Assembly: GCA_964480125.1 (NCBI GenBank)
Contig: CAYZNV010000003.1
Coordinates: 3,201-67,200, forward strand
Length of the DNA stretch: 64,000 nt
Source of the DNA: an uncultured archaeon
Lineage (GTDB): Archaea; Iainarchaeota; Iainarchaeia; Iainarchaeales; VGJJ01
Reading direction: 5' to 3'
The notes beneath the pieces were generated by a model, which saw only the letters and a list, made by a program, of their open reading frames with translations, made no database searches and was not told where the DNA came from. The translations under genes were made by a program, and so were the position numbers. This document shows, in pieces, positions 20,692-30,706 of the stretch; the stretch's first letter is position 1; each line of letters begins with the position of its first letter.

Positions 20692-22245
20692 TTATTTCCC
20701 TCCCTCGTGTAGGTGCTTTTCCTTTATTTCAGAACCTTCCCACGTGTGAGTGGTTTCATTATAGGTGCGAATGAAATCCAAATCCACCTCGGGACCCATC
20801 ACTTCTTTCGTTGTTTTCTTGTCGTGCAAGAGCATGGCCAGTCTTTCTACGCCAAGCCCCCATGAAATAACCGGAACATCAATCCCTAATGGCTTCAATG
20901 TCTCGGGGCGAAAAATTCCAGAATTAATGAGTTCCACCCATTTTTTGAGCTTGGGATTGTAGGCATAGGCTTCCATGCTGGGCTCGGTGTAGGGGTTATA
21001 GGTGGGTTTGAATTTGATTTCTTTCAATCCCAGCTTGGAATAGAACTCTTGAATAATTCCCATCAAGTGGCGCAGATTCATCCCCTCGGCAAGAATGTAG
21101 CCATCCACTTGATGGAATTCCGCGAGGTGCGTAGCATCAATAGCTTCATTGCGAAACACTCTACCAATTGAGAATCGTTTCACAGGCAGTTTTTGGGGCT
21201 GTGCCATCGTGCGATAGGTCGTAGCACTTCCGTGCGTGCGCAAGAGCAATTGCATTCCCACCTGGGGATTCCACTCATATCCATGCCCGCGCGAGCCAGT
21301 CTTTCCTCCATGTTCATGCGTGGCCTTGACGCGCTTCACCAAGTCCGCATCCTCCAATACTGCTTTGCCGGGAAGATAAAAAGTATCTTGAATTTCGCGC
21401 GCGGGATGATCTTGGGGAATGAACATCACATCCATATTCCAGAATGCACTTTCCACTAAGGGAGAAGACATCTCATAGAAACCCATTTCCACCATAATGC
21501 GGCGGATGTCCCGCATCGTATGCGTGAGGGGGTGTAATCTTCCCGGAAAATTTTCTTCCACCGGAATATTCACATCATAGGGCTTGAATGCAGCATCTTT
21601 CCATTTCCCTGAAACAATCAGCTCAGGAGTAAGTTGGGCAATTTTTGTTTGAGAAATAGGAATGGCCGTTTTGAGAATATCCAATCCTTTTGAGGTAATG
21701 GAAAGCAATTCCTCATTTCGTGTTTTGCTTTCAATCAACCCACGGACTTTGAGCTCAACAACAGTAGGAGTGTTTGCCTCCACGCTTTCCCCGCGCGCAA
21801 TGGATTGTAGGACAAGGAATAAAGCAGAATTGGCAGCAGCTTTTTTCCCGAGCGCAGTGATTTCGAGCAGGGTTTTTTCTCCTTCTTTTTTGATTGAAAC
21901 CCAATTTGATTTCTTCGCGAGACCGAATGCCACAGAGAAAGTTTGAGGACTCGGAAAAAAAGACTGGAGCTTTGGAAGTTCCATCGCTTGCGCGTGCAAC
22001 AACTCCAATAACTTCATTTCTGGCAAGCCCTTTTCATCAATGGCTTGTTGGCCATTTTTTGTCAAGGAAAAGGATTCGCTTTTTTCTCGCTGCACGGAAA
22101 CCCAGGCATTCTGTTCCAACTCGGCCAAGGCGCGACGCACCACATCGGGGGAAATCTTCATTTTCTGTGCAATGGACTCAATGGAATGCAATTTCTTGTC
22201 TTGGAGGGACTGTACGATCCCATAGAGCACGGCATCCAGCTGCAT
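20692..22245 (-). CDS. pheS: Phenylalanine--tRNA ligase alpha subunit (archaeal type)
   Basis: Class II core motifs (FRPE..., GLGVERLAML); winged-helix N-terminal repeats; 517 aa. Confidence 0.9.
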   Translation of the reverse strand: MQLDAVLYGIVQSLQDKKLHSIESIAQKMKISPDVVRRALAELEQNAWVSVQREKSESFSLTKNGQQAIDEKGLPEMKLLELLHAQAMELPKLQSFFPSPQTFSVAFGLAKKSNWVSIKKEGEKTLLEITALGKKAAANSALFLVLQSIARGESVEANTPTVVELKVRGLIESKTRNEELLSITSKGLDILKTAIPISQTKIAQLTPELIVSGKWKDAAFKPYDVNIPVEENFPGRLHPLTHTMRDIRRIMVEMGFYEMSSPLVESAFWNMDVMFIPQDHPAREIQDTFYLPGKAVLEDADLVKRVKATHEHGGKTGSRGHGYEWNPQVGMQLLLRTHGSATTYRTMAQPQKLPVKRFSIGRVFRNEAIDATHLAEFHQVDGYILAEGMNLRHLMGIIQEFYSKLGLKEIKFKPTYNPYTEPSMEAYAYNPKLKKWVELINSGIFRPETLKPLGIDVPVISWGLGVERLAMLLHDKKTTKEVMGPEVDLDFIRTYNETTHTWEGSEIKEKHLHEGGK

Positions 22246-22322
22246 AGCAAAGCAAAAGGAGATAAAAGACTTTAAACGACCCCCTGCAAGGCATTTTTAA
22301 GCCAAGAAAACACGAGTATGGA

Positions 22323-22721
22323 ATGCGAAAAGGAATTGTACTAATGGGATTCCTGGGGATTATTTTACTATCCGGCTGCATTGGATTGCCCCCGGAAAGC
22401 GGGTATGACATCGAGAATCAGCCCCTTCCCCAAGTCGATTCGGCGCTTTCCTGCGAGCAGGATGCGGATTGCGTGTATGCCATCAACGCATTCGACTCTC
22501 CACGCTGTTCCTCTCCCAACTGCCCGCCCGAAGAAGAAACACAGCCCCAACCCTATGCGGAAGGATATGAATGGGAAAATGGGTTCAGAGAAGGATGCAT
22601 CAATCCCGCTTCCACGCAAGGAAAAGATGCACGCGGAGAAGAATTCCAAATCAACCCACGCGCAAGTTGTTCCTGCGTCGCGATTGAGAACTCCACTCAA
22701 AAGATGTGCCAGTCGAATTAG
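22323..22721 (+). CDS. Small Cys-rich putative lipoprotein
   Basis: Signal peptide with LLSGC lipobox; 8 Cys; 132 aa. Confidence 0.4.
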   Translation: MRKGIVLMGFLGIILLSGCIGLPPESGYDIENQPLPQVDSALSCEQDADCVYAINAFDSPRCSSPNCPPEEETQPQPYAEGYEWENGFREGCINPASTQGKDARGEEFQINPRASCSCVAIENSTQKMCQSN

Positions 22722-22730
22722 GAATGAAAA

Positions 22731-23480
22731 TTATTCCAATCCCAACAACAACACCATAGCCCCAATTCCAGCAAGTACGGCAAGCAATTGCAAAACGGAC
22801 TTATTCCATTTCACTTCCTTGTGCAACTCGGGAATCAAATCCGCGGCCGCGATGTAGATGAAATTTCCCGCAGCGAATGGAACGAGCCACGTCACGGAAT
22901 CCTGGAAAGCAGAACCAAAATACAACACAATCCCTGCGCCGATAATGGCAGTTACCGCAGTAAGGAGATTGAACAACAGCGCGCGAGACACGGTGAATCC
23001 CCCATGCACCAAAATACCAAAGTCGCCAATCTCCTGTGGAATCTCATGCAAGATGACGGCTACCGTGGTGGCGAGACCCACGGGAAATGAAACCAAGTAG
23101 GCCGCTGCAATAACCATGCCATCAATGAAATTATGCACGGCATCCCCGAACAAATTCACAATCGCAAAGGGGTGCGCATGGTGCATGTGTGCTTCCTCGG
23201 GAATGTGGCAGTGTCTCCAATGAATGACTTTTTCAACAATGAAAAGAGTAAGAATTCCCGCCATCACGCTCAATGAAACTTCCAAACCAAAACCCATTTC
23301 CTCCACGACCTCGGGAAGGAGATGGATGAACGCATCCCCCAATAATGCCCCAGCAGCAAATGCAACTAAGTACGTAAGGATGGACTTCAATCGCTTTTGG
23401 TTTAATGAGAGCGTGAAAACGCCGGCAAGCGAGACCAGACTTACTACGACTACTGAACCCAGTACGTTTTCCCAGACCAT
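22731..23480 (-). CDS. ZIP-family divalent metal transporter (ZupT-like)
   Basis: 8 TM helices; HEIPQEIGDF and HNFIDG motifs. Confidence 0.8.
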   Translation of the reverse strand: MVWENVLGSVVVVSLVSLAGVFTLSLNQKRLKSILTYLVAFAAGALLGDAFIHLLPEVVEEMGFGLEVSLSVMAGILTLFIVEKVIHWRHCHIPEEAHMHHAHPFAIVNLFGDAVHNFIDGMVIAAAYLVSFPVGLATTVAVILHEIPQEIGDFGILVHGGFTVSRALLFNLLTAVTAIIGAGIVLYFGSAFQDSVTWLVPFAAGNFIYIAAADLIPELHKEVKWNKSVLQLLAVLAGIGAMVLLLGLE

Positions 23481-23611
23481 TCCTACACCACAATAAAGTC
23501 AAATAGCAAGCCTTTTTATGAGCTCCTAGGGGTCATTCTAGTATTGGCCTACTGAACCATTGCAAAATGGTTCCAAGGTAGTCCTTCGTATGATCGGGAC
23601 GAAAACCGATT

Positions 23612-23695
23612 GCGGGGTTGGCAGAGTGGTCTATAGCGGCAGCCTGCTAAGCTGTTCTGGGAAACCAGGCGAGGGTTCGAATCCCTCACCCCGCG
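23612..23695 (+). tRNA. tRNA-Ser (anticodon GCU), class II with a 16-nt variable arm; CCA not encoded
   Basis: Acceptor GCGGGGT/ACCCCGC; anticodon loop CU-GCU-AA; T arm GAGGG-TTCGAAT-CCCTC; discriminator G. Confidence 0.85.
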
Positions 23696-23741
23696 ATTTT
23701 TACTATTTGTTTTAACAAGCTCAGAAGACAAATACTAAGCT

Positions 23742-24512
23742 ATGAAATGGCCCGAATACTTGATGCTAATTCGACATGATAAGTCGGCATACAATGCACT
23801 CAAGGACCAGAAAAAAGAACACCCGCGTTATGGGGAGTTCTTGAAAGCATGGGAAACAAAACCCGGGCACCCTGAAACCATTGAACTCGCAAAAGAGATC
23901 CAACAATTATTTGCACTCAAAATCAGTGATGCCCAAACGCCATTGGCAAAAGACGAAGGGCACCAAGCTGTTGAAACGGGAAAAAAACTACGCGAAAAAT
24001 ATGCCCTCCCTGATGTTATTTTTGTCTCTCCATATTTGCGCGCCCAGCTCACCCTCCAAAAAATCACCGAAGGGTGGCCGGAGTTGAAGAGTGTAAAGAA
24101 GTACAACGAAGAACGCATCCGCGAACAAGAACATGGGCTTGCAATTATTTACAATGATTGGCGCGTATTCCAAACACTCCATCCAGAGCAACGCTTAATG
24201 CGCGAACAAGAAGGAAATTATTGGTACCGTTACCCCCAAGGAGAAAATGTTCCGGATGTGCGATTGCGCACGCATAATTGGATGGGAACACTTATCCGCG
24301 ATTTTGCAGGAAAAAAAGTACTTGCAGTAACACACCACCTCACTATCCTCTCACTTCGGGCCAATTTTGAGCGATTGGATGAAAGTGGTTTCTTGCACCT
24401 AGATGAGCATGAAAAACCCATTAATTGTGGCATAACCGTTTATCGTGGATTCCCTGAAAAAGGTAAAAATGGAAAACTCGAGCTAGAAAATTACAATCAA
24501 AAGTTCTACTGA
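23742..24512 (+). CDS. Histidine phosphatase superfamily (phosphoglycerate-mutase-like) protein
   Basis: LIRHDKS (degenerate RHG motif) and VTHHLT second His motif. Confidence 0.45.
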   Translation: MKWPEYLMLIRHDKSAYNALKDQKKEHPRYGEFLKAWETKPGHPETIELAKEIQQLFALKISDAQTPLAKDEGHQAVETGKKLREKYALPDVIFVSPYLRAQLTLQKITEGWPELKSVKKYNEERIREQEHGLAIIYNDWRVFQTLHPEQRLMREQEGNYWYRYPQGENVPDVRLRTHNWMGTLIRDFAGKKVLAVTHHLTILSLRANFERLDESGFLHLDEHEKPINCGITVYRGFPEKGKNGKLELENYNQKFY

Positions 24513-24522
24513 CAGCGAATGA

Positions 24523-24951
24523 TTATTTACAATACTGATCAAATGCTTTCGTAAGTTTTTCGGCAAGTAGTGCGGGATCCCTTCCTTCAATATCGGAACG
24601 CTGCAATGCAAACACACACTTTCCATCTTTCAGCAAAAAAATAGAAGGAGAAGAAGGAGGAAATTCTGCAACTACTGCACGCGCGCGCTGTGTGGCCTCG
24701 CGATCCACTCCTGCAAAAACAGTCACGGAGTGGGTGGGTTTCACGTGATGAGACATCGCCATTTTCACTGCAGGACGCGCACACCCTGCACCACAACCAC
24801 AAACAGAATTAACCACTAATAGCGTTGTGCCTTTCTGCGCAAAGGTGTGTTCCACTTCTTCAACCGTATGCAGGGCTTTGACCCCTACTTGTGTGAGTTC
24901 AGCCTCCATCGGAATAGTCATTGCGGGAGGGTACATGGGTGGGAGTTGCAT
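24523..24951 (-). CDS. Bacilliredoxin-like thiol-disulfide protein (DUF1094, BrxA/BrxB-like)
   Basis: VCGCGAGCARP with the CGC active-site motif characteristic of YphP/YqiW. Confidence 0.5.
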   Translation of the reverse strand: MQLPPMYPPAMTIPMEAELTQVGVKALHTVEEVEHTFAQKGTTLLVVNSVCGCGAGCARPAVKMAMSHHVKPTHSVTVFAGVDREATQRARAVVAEFPPSSPSIFLLKDGKCVFALQRSDIEGRDPALLAEKLTKAFDQYCK

Positions 24952-25024
24952 ACAAGAAAATGGGATTAAACCATTTATTAGGGAGTCACTTTACTCTTAT
25001 AAATTGCAACAATTGCATTAATGT

Positions 25025-26176
25025 ATGAGCACACACCCAAAGAAAGAATACCTATTCCGAGAATCAGAACCTACACCACTTGAAATCGTTGATGCAAAAG
25101 GGACATATTTGATTGCAAAAAATGGAAAAAAATACTTGGACTTTATGGCAGGGTGGTGTGTCGGAAACGCAGGGTGGAAAAAGAAAGAAATCAGGGATGC
25201 AATTAGAGGATTTGATGGACCAGAGTACGTTAACCCCGGCCACCTCTACGAACGATGGGAGGTATTGGCTGAAAAACTAGTTCACTTATTGCCCTCAAAA
25301 GAAGGAGCGTGCTTTCGTGCAACAGGGGGAACGGAGGCCGTGGAACTTGCGCTCAAGATTTCACGAGCATACAATAATCGTAAAAAGTTCATTGCATTCA
25401 ATGGAGCCTATCATGGGCAATCACTTGCATGCTTAGCATTAGTGCGATACCCCATCCACGAAAAACACTTTGGAAAGTTTCCAGCAGAATATTTGCAAGT
25501 TGATGCGAAAAACTGGGAAAAAACAACACACGAAACAGTTAAACTCATCAAAAGCAAGGAGATATCTGCATTTATTTCAGAACCCATCATATGCAATTTA
25601 GGAGTAATTATTCCACCTCAAGAATTTTTTGATAGCGTACAAGAAGCCTGTAAGGAAACAGAAACGCTGTTCATCAGCGATGAAGTCGCAACAGGATTTG
25701 GAAGAACAGGAAAGTGGTTTGGATTTGAACACTACAACACGGACCCGGATATTGTGACGATGGCAAAAGGATTCAGCTCAGGCTATGCAGCAATTGGATC
25801 TACTATTGCAAAACCAGAAGTTGCAGAATCGATGCGATTTGAGTTTAGTAATTATTCTACGTTTGGATGGCACCCCTTCTCAGTAGAAGCAGCCATTTCG
25901 AATATTGACTACATCAAAAAGCATGATTTAATTGAGGAGTCCAATAAGAGTGGGGGATATTTGTCCAAACAACTCTCAGAATTCTGTAAACCTGAAGGTA
26001 GAGGGTTATGCATTGGATTTGAAGAAAAGAAAGCCGGAACAGGCCAACGTTGCTTTGAGGATGGACTAATCATTACCATGCTCGAAGGAAGAATTGCATT
26101 ATTTCCCCCATTGGATGTTTCAAAAAAAGAAATAGACGCGGCAGTGAAGATTATTGAAAAAAATTACAGTAAATAA
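25025..26176 (+). CDS. Class III (omega) aminotransferase, PLP-dependent
   Basis: ISDEVATGFGRTGKWFGFEHY and TMAKGFSSG (PLP Lys) motifs. Confidence 0.8.
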   Translation: MSTHPKKEYLFRESEPTPLEIVDAKGTYLIAKNGKKYLDFMAGWCVGNAGWKKKEIRDAIRGFDGPEYVNPGHLYERWEVLAEKLVHLLPSKEGACFRATGGTEAVELALKISRAYNNRKKFIAFNGAYHGQSLACLALVRYPIHEKHFGKFPAEYLQVDAKNWEKTTHETVKLIKSKEISAFISEPIICNLGVIIPPQEFFDSVQEACKETETLFISDEVATGFGRTGKWFGFEHYNTDPDIVTMAKGFSSGYAAIGSTIAKPEVAESMRFEFSNYSTFGWHPFSVEAAISNIDYIKKHDLIEESNKSGGYLSKQLSEFCKPEGRGLCIGFEEKKAGTGQRCFEDGLIITMLEGRIALFPPLDVSKKEIDAAVKIIEKNYSK

Positions 26177-26178
26177 TA

Positions 26179-26343
26179 TCACTCCAAGTTTTTGGGATCG
26201 ATTCCCAGGCGTTTCAATACGTGCAATTTTTGGGCATCGCTCATACTCATCCAATTGCATACTTCTTCTAAGGTGCGTCCGCAGCTCAAACAAATTTCCC
26301 CATTGGTCTCACATACTTTATTGCAGGGAGAAGGAACGGACAT
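26179..26343 (-). CDS. DUF1289-like small Cys-rich protein (putative Fe-S / metal-binding)
   Basis: SPCNKVCETNGEICLSCGRTLEEVCNW pattern; start reassigned to MSVPSPC. Confidence 0.45.
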   Translation of the reverse strand: MSVPSPCNKVCETNGEICLSCGRTLEEVCNWMSMSDAQKLHVLKRLGIDPKNLE

Positions 26344-26427
26344 TATGATAAGTTGAAGCGAAAAGTAGTTATTGGGTACTGCGAAGCAGCTACCCATTCT
26401 CGGCGCGCCCGGTCAAAACACGGGCGA

Positions 26428-26988
26428 TTAGAATCTCCAATTCCAATCGTGCTGGTGCTTGAAGAACAAATACGCGAGATGAATCCATGAAAGCAAGAAT
26501 GGAAATAACAAGAACGAAATACTCGGGCCCACTAACGTGGAAGTGGAAGTCTGGATGTTCTCAGTAACGAAGAAAGTAATAACCGTATTCGCGTACACAG
26601 GAGAAGGAACTGCATCCACGGCTTGTAAGATTTGCACTAATGGAAAAATGGGAGAGAAAGTGAGCAGCACGCTCAACAGACTTGTGAAAAAGATGGCAAT
26701 TGTGAGAGGGTTCTTGTGAATGTACACATTGCCCAATCCAGGCAATAATAAGTTAGAAAAAATAGAAACGAAAATGGATTTCTGCCCTTCACTTTTTTGG
26801 ATTTTCCTGGAATTGGATTGGATCGCTTTCCAGTCTTTCTTTACATTGATTGCTTTTTCCTTCTGCGTGATTGGCCAAATCTTACTTCTCTTGAAGTGCC
26901 CCAACTCATTCACATCAAAATCCTCAGGATCAAATGTCTGTGCTTGCGCGAGTTTGCGCTTTGAATTTTTTTTAGTGGAACGAGCCAT
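26428..26988 (-). CDS. Hypothetical membrane protein
   Basis: K/Q-rich N-terminus then 3-4 TM helices. Confidence 0.35.
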   Translation of the reverse strand: MARSTKKNSKRKLAQAQTFDPEDFDVNELGHFKRSKIWPITQKEKAINVKKDWKAIQSNSRKIQKSEGQKSIFVSIFSNLLLPGLGNVYIHKNPLTIAIFFTSLLSVLLTFSPIFPLVQILQAVDAVPSPVYANTVITFFVTENIQTSTSTLVGPSISFLLFPFLLSWIHLAYLFFKHQHDWNWRF

Positions 26989-27149
26989 TCTCCAAAGCAG
27001 AAAATCCGACTATATAAAAGGAATATTCTCAGGAGTAAGCGGTTTAGAATGAAACGAACAAAATCAGCGCAATAAATCCATTTCGGGCCGGAAAACAACT
27101 TGCGTCCGGAAAACTCAATTGGTTACTGCTTACAATTGGACACTAGAAA

Positions 27150-27317
27150 CTAGTATCCGGTTGTTTGCTTCTGCTGCATGTAGCAATCTCGGCAGAACAC
27201 AGGTCTTCCGGCTTTGGGCTGGAAAGGAACTTGTGTGGCTTTACCGCACTTACTGCATGTTGCATCGTACATCTGGCGTGGACCTTGTTGAAAGTCTCCG
27301 CGAGGTTGGAATGCCAT
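27150..27317 (-). CDS. CxxC-x17-CxxC zinc-ribbon small protein (55 aa), absent from the ORF track
   Basis: Translates as MAFQPRGDFQQGPRQMYDATCSKCGKATQVPFQPKAGRPVFCRDCYMQQKQTTGY with exactly 17 residues between the Cys pairs; GGAG about 10 nt upstream. Confidence 0.6.
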   Translation of the reverse strand: MAFQPRGDFQQGPRQMYDATCSKCGKATQVPFQPKAGRPVFCRDCYMQQKQTTGY

Positions 27318-27461
27318 GTTTTTCGACTCCTTTTTTACTCGATCTCAAGCCTTTTGAGGGGCCTAAGTAGACCATTTTGGGTTCCAAGGAGTTATAAAGC
27401 CATGGATGGGAAAGCGCCAAAATAAGCCCTTTTATGCAAGAAATTGGGTTTATGACCCCCA

Positions 27462-28055
27462 TTAGGGGGTTTGGTAAAAAGCATCCATCCAACTAAATGG
27501 AACTATTTTCCCCATAATGTCTCCTTTTGAAAAAAAACCTAAGGAACCACTATCTTTGCTGTCATTGCGATTGTCGCCAAATGCCACTACTTTCCCCGAG
27601 GGCACTATCCCATCCGCTGCGCGGAGTTGTTCCATCAGCGCAGAATAATGCGATGGGCCAACGGGCTCCAACAGATAAGGCTCAAGCAGCTGCACGCTGT
27701 TGCGATACAGTGCATTCCCGCGCAACTCGAGCCTATCTCCTTCCACTGCCACAATGCGCTTAACCAATGGAATGACGGAGGAGATCTGGACAATATCCCC
27801 ATGGGCGAGGGATTGAGTAGAATAATAATCCGAAACAAACAGAATACGTTGATTGCTTTGAAGTGAGGGATTCATGGAATTACCCACCACTTGAATGAAT
27901 GTGCACGTGTGTATTTGGCAATACTTTTGACTCAACCCTGGAAAGAAATCCAGCCCGGCTTTGGATTCCAAAAAATACATCCCGCCCATGAGCCCAACGA
28001 GCATCATGAGAATGACGGCTCCGCTGACTAACACCCAGGAATGCGTCATATTCAC
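27462..28055 (-). CDS. Signal peptidase I, bacterial P-type (Ser/Lys)
   Basis: N-terminal TM; box B GNSMNPSL, box D VKRIVAVEGD, box E GDNRNDSKDSGSLG. Confidence 0.75.
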   Translation of the reverse strand: MNMTHSWVLVSGAVILMMLVGLMGGMYFLESKAGLDFFPGLSQKYCQIHTCTFIQVVGNSMNPSLQSNQRILFVSDYYSTQSLAHGDIVQISSVIPLVKRIVAVEGDRLELRGNALYRNSVQLLEPYLLEPVGPSHYSALMEQLRAADGIVPSGKVVAFGDNRNDSKDSGSLGFFSKGDIMGKIVPFSWMDAFYQTP

Positions 28056-28096
28056 ACCACTTACCCTTGGGATAAAAGCCTGCCCAAAAGCACCCT

Positions 28097-28102
28097 TTAA
28101 AT
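28097..28102 (+). promoter_or_regulatory. TATA-like TTTAAA with an A-rich BRE-like stretch upstream of tRNA-Leu
   Basis: AAAGCACCCTTTAAATGG, about 40 nt upstream of the tRNA 5' end. Confidence 0.35.
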
Positions 28103-28140
28103 GGATTCCTTCAACCTCTTCTAGTAAGCCAATATCCCTG

Positions 28141-28224
28141 CACGGGTAGCGAAGCGGTCAAACGCGCCAGACTCAAGATCTGGTGACTTAGTGTCTTCGG
28201 CGGTTCGAATCCGCCCTCGTGCAT
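28141..28224 (+). tRNA. tRNA-Leu (anticodon CAA), class II with a 15-nt variable arm; CCA not encoded
   Basis: Acceptor GCACGGG/CTCGTGC (one G-U pair); anticodon stem CCAGA/TCTGG with loop CU-CAA-GA; T arm GGCGG-TTCGAAT-CCGCC; discriminator A. Confidence 0.85.
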
Positions 28225-28317
28225 GCACGCTTCCGATCGTGCGCACCGGAATCCAGGCACCATTTCTGAATGGTGCCTGTCCGTTCATCATTTTTCTCCA
28301 TCGAACGCATCGCATGA

Positions 28318-28701
28318 TCATGCGCGAGATTCTCTGTGATGCAATAATTTACTCATTTCCTCGCGCAACGCAAGCGGAATGGAAGTGATGCCTCCACTCA
28401 TGTTCAGCGCATGCGTAAAACCATGCGAGCGAAGAAATTGAGTCACACCCATGCTGCGATTCCCATGTGCACAGAGGATAAGGAGAGGAGCGTCTTTGGG
28501 AAAACGATCAAAGTCCGAGGGTTTGGCACTGGACAATGGAATCAAAATAGAATTTGCAATGTGCTCCTGATCCCACTCCCATTGCTCACGGACATCCACG
28601 ATTATCGCATGTGAATCCGAACGCAATAATGCAAGCACTTGCTCGGGAGAAACATGCAGGGACTGAAAATCATCAGCAGAAGCCAAAGCAGGGGAAGCCA
28701 T
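28318..28701 (-). CDS. Rhodanese-domain sulfurtransferase
   Basis: Active-site loop CAHGNRS. Confidence 0.7.
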   Translation of the reverse strand: MASPALASADDFQSLHVSPEQVLALLRSDSHAIIVDVREQWEWDQEHIANSILIPLSSAKPSDFDRFPKDAPLLILCAHGNRSMGVTQFLRSHGFTHALNMSGGITSIPLALREEMSKLLHHRESRA

Positions 28702-28758
28702 ACTATTATTTCCTCATTCCGAGGAATTTAAAATGAGATTTTCATTTTCTCAAGGTAT

Positions 28759-29424
28759 ATGCCCGAAACCCTTCCTGGAAAAAAGCTACGCTGGAAGAAA
28801 ATAGAAAAAGAACTCGAGCAATTATACCCCTCCCCCAAAGTGGGGCTGGAATACGAGGATCCATTCGAGCTGACCATTGCCACCATTTTGAGCGCACAAT
28901 GCACGGATGCGCGCGTGAACATGGTCACAAAAAAATTATTCAAGAAATACAAAAAACCACACGACTACTTACGCGTTCCCCCAGCGGAATTGGAAAAAGA
29001 CATCCACTCCACAGGATTCTACAAAAACAAAGCAAAAAACATCCGCGGGTGCTGCGCGCGATTGATTGAAGTGTTTGGAGGAAAAGTCCCCCAAACCATG
29101 GAAGAACTCATTACACTCCCGGGAGTAGGAAGGAAGACCGCTAATATTGTGTTGTGGGGAGGATTCGGAAAGCTTGAGGGAATTGCCGTTGACACGCACG
29201 TTTTTCGCGTTTCGCGAAGACTTGGATTAGCAAAAGGAAATTCTCCCGAAAAAGTAGAACAAGAACTCATGCAGCTCGTGGAAAAACAAAAATGGGGAGA
29301 CTTTACGAACGTGCTCATCTGGCATGGAAGAAAAGTATGCGATGCGCGCAAACCAAACTGCAGTGGATGCGTGTTATTGAAAAAGAAAATATGTCCTCAA
29401 ATAGGAGTGAAAACCCATGCATGA
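28759..29424 (+). CDS. nth: Endonuclease III (HhH-GPD DNA glycosylase with 4Fe-4S cluster)
   Basis: LPGVGRKTANIVL HhH-GPD motif; C-terminal C-x6-C-x2-C-x5-C. Confidence 0.85.
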   Translation: MPETLPGKKLRWKKIEKELEQLYPSPKVGLEYEDPFELTIATILSAQCTDARVNMVTKKLFKKYKKPHDYLRVPPAELEKDIHSTGFYKNKAKNIRGCCARLIEVFGGKVPQTMEELITLPGVGRKTANIVLWGGFGKLEGIAVDTHVFRVSRRLGLAKGNSPEKVEQELMQLVEKQKWGDFTNVLIWHGRKVCDARKPNCSGCVLLKKKICPQIGVKTHA

Positions 29425-30115
29425 AATACTTCGTCACAATCGCACCATTGGATTCATCCTCCTTGCAGTAGCAGTCGTCGTGGGTGCTTACATGCTGTTC
29501 AACTCTACACCCGTTGCGCCTCCCGCCTATCACGTGCATGCGGATTTTGCCGTGTATGTGAATGGAGAAAAACTAGACTTTGCGCAGCAACGATATATGA
29601 GCGAAAAAGCCCCCGGAAAAACCCTTGCAAAATATGTGCACTTGCACGGGGAAGATGGAAACGTATTACACTTCCACGCGCCCAGAGTCACGCTCGGGGA
29701 TTTTTTTGAGAGCATTGGAATGGAATTGGATGAGAATTGCTTCACGGACGATCGCAATGCCACCTATTGCAAGGACGGATTTACCGCAGGAAATGTGCCA
29801 GGGGATTATTGTTATCTGAATGACCAAAACCAACGGATTTGCACTCAAAACCAGGAAATCAAAACACTCAAATTCTATGTGAATGGGCAGTTACATGAGA
29901 AATTTGGAAACTATGTCCCAAAAGACTTGGATCGCATCCTCATCACGTATGGGAATGAAACCCCTGCGCAGCTGCATGCGCAACTCCAAAGCATCACGGA
30001 TAATGCCTGCATCCAATCCCTCAAGTGCCCCGAGAGAGGCACTCCCACTCCCGAGGACGGATGCGATGTCACGGACGCATGCGTGGCGGATTTGGATGCG
30101 CTCAGTAGTGAATAG
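29417..30115 (+). CDS. Membrane-anchored His-rich/Cys-rich extracytoplasmic protein
   Basis: N-terminal TM; HVHADF...VHLHGEDGNVLHFHAP; overlaps the nth stop by 8 nt (operon-like). Confidence 0.35.
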   Translation: MHEILRHNRTIGFILLAVAVVVGAYMLFNSTPVAPPAYHVHADFAVYVNGEKLDFAQQRYMSEKAPGKTLAKYVHLHGEDGNVLHFHAPRVTLGDFFESIGMELDENCFTDDRNATYCKDGFTAGNVPGDYCYLNDQNQRICTQNQEIKTLKFYVNGQLHEKFGNYVPKDLDRILITYGNETPAQLHAQLQSITDNACIQSLKCPERGTPTPEDGCDVTDACVADLDALSSE

Positions 30116-30174
30116 TCACCATCAGTGAGCAGCATGAATCAGCCTTAAATGCCTCGCGGAGAGAGAAGAAATAT

Positions 30175-30678
30175 ATGGAGCTCCGCGCGCGCATTGGAAG
30201 CATTGAAGAAACACGTCGCTTGCTCGAAGAATTAGGCGGAAAAAAGCTAAACGAGTATGCGTTCGAGGATCGCATCTACTTCTTGCAAGGAGAAACATCC
30301 CTCGAAAAAGGATACGTGCGGATTCGCTCCCCTTCACCCGAAGAAGCCGTTCAACGGTACAAGATTGTGAAGAAAGTAGTATATGATGGAAAACAATTAG
30401 AGACATATCGCAGTTTTTCTTCCACCCTCGAACTCGCCAAAGCCAAAATCCAAGGGCATTGGAATGCCTGCATCATCGCACGCAAGGGAACACAATACCA
30501 ATTGGGAAATGGATGTATGTATGTCGAGGAAATAGAAGAATATGGCAATAGCATCGAAGCCGAATATGCCAGCGAAATGGAAGCCCGAGAGTGGTTACAC
30601 CAATTGAATGTAAACGAGATATCCATGCATTCCTTGCCGCTACTATTCATGATCCATAAGAACAAGCCAAAACCCTAA
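30175..30678 (+). CDS. CYTH-like (triphosphate tunnel metalloenzyme) domain protein, divergent
   Basis: N-terminus MELRARIGS (ExRxR in place of the canonical ExExK) and an EDRIYF block resembling the CYTH D-x-YF motif. Confidence 0.35.
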   Translation: MELRARIGSIEETRRLLEELGGKKLNEYAFEDRIYFLQGETSLEKGYVRIRSPSPEEAVQRYKIVKKVVYDGKQLETYRSFSSTLELAKAKIQGHWNACIIARKGTQYQLGNGCMYVEEIEEYGNSIEAEYASEMEAREWLHQLNVNEISMHSLPLLFMIHKNKPKP

Positions 30679-30706
30679 TTAACTCCTGCAACCAGCATCC
30701 ATACAA

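Noticed and set aside
23549-23731. 60-aa minus-strand ORF overlapping tRNA-Ser
   Set aside because: It is the antisense strand of a structurally sound tRNA (perfect acceptor, T and anticodon stems) and so is spurious.
28121-28388. ORFs 28121..28321(-) and 28191..28388(+) overlapping tRNA-Leu
   Set aside because: They cover the tRNA-Leu(CAA) gene and its flanks, and there is no coding signal.
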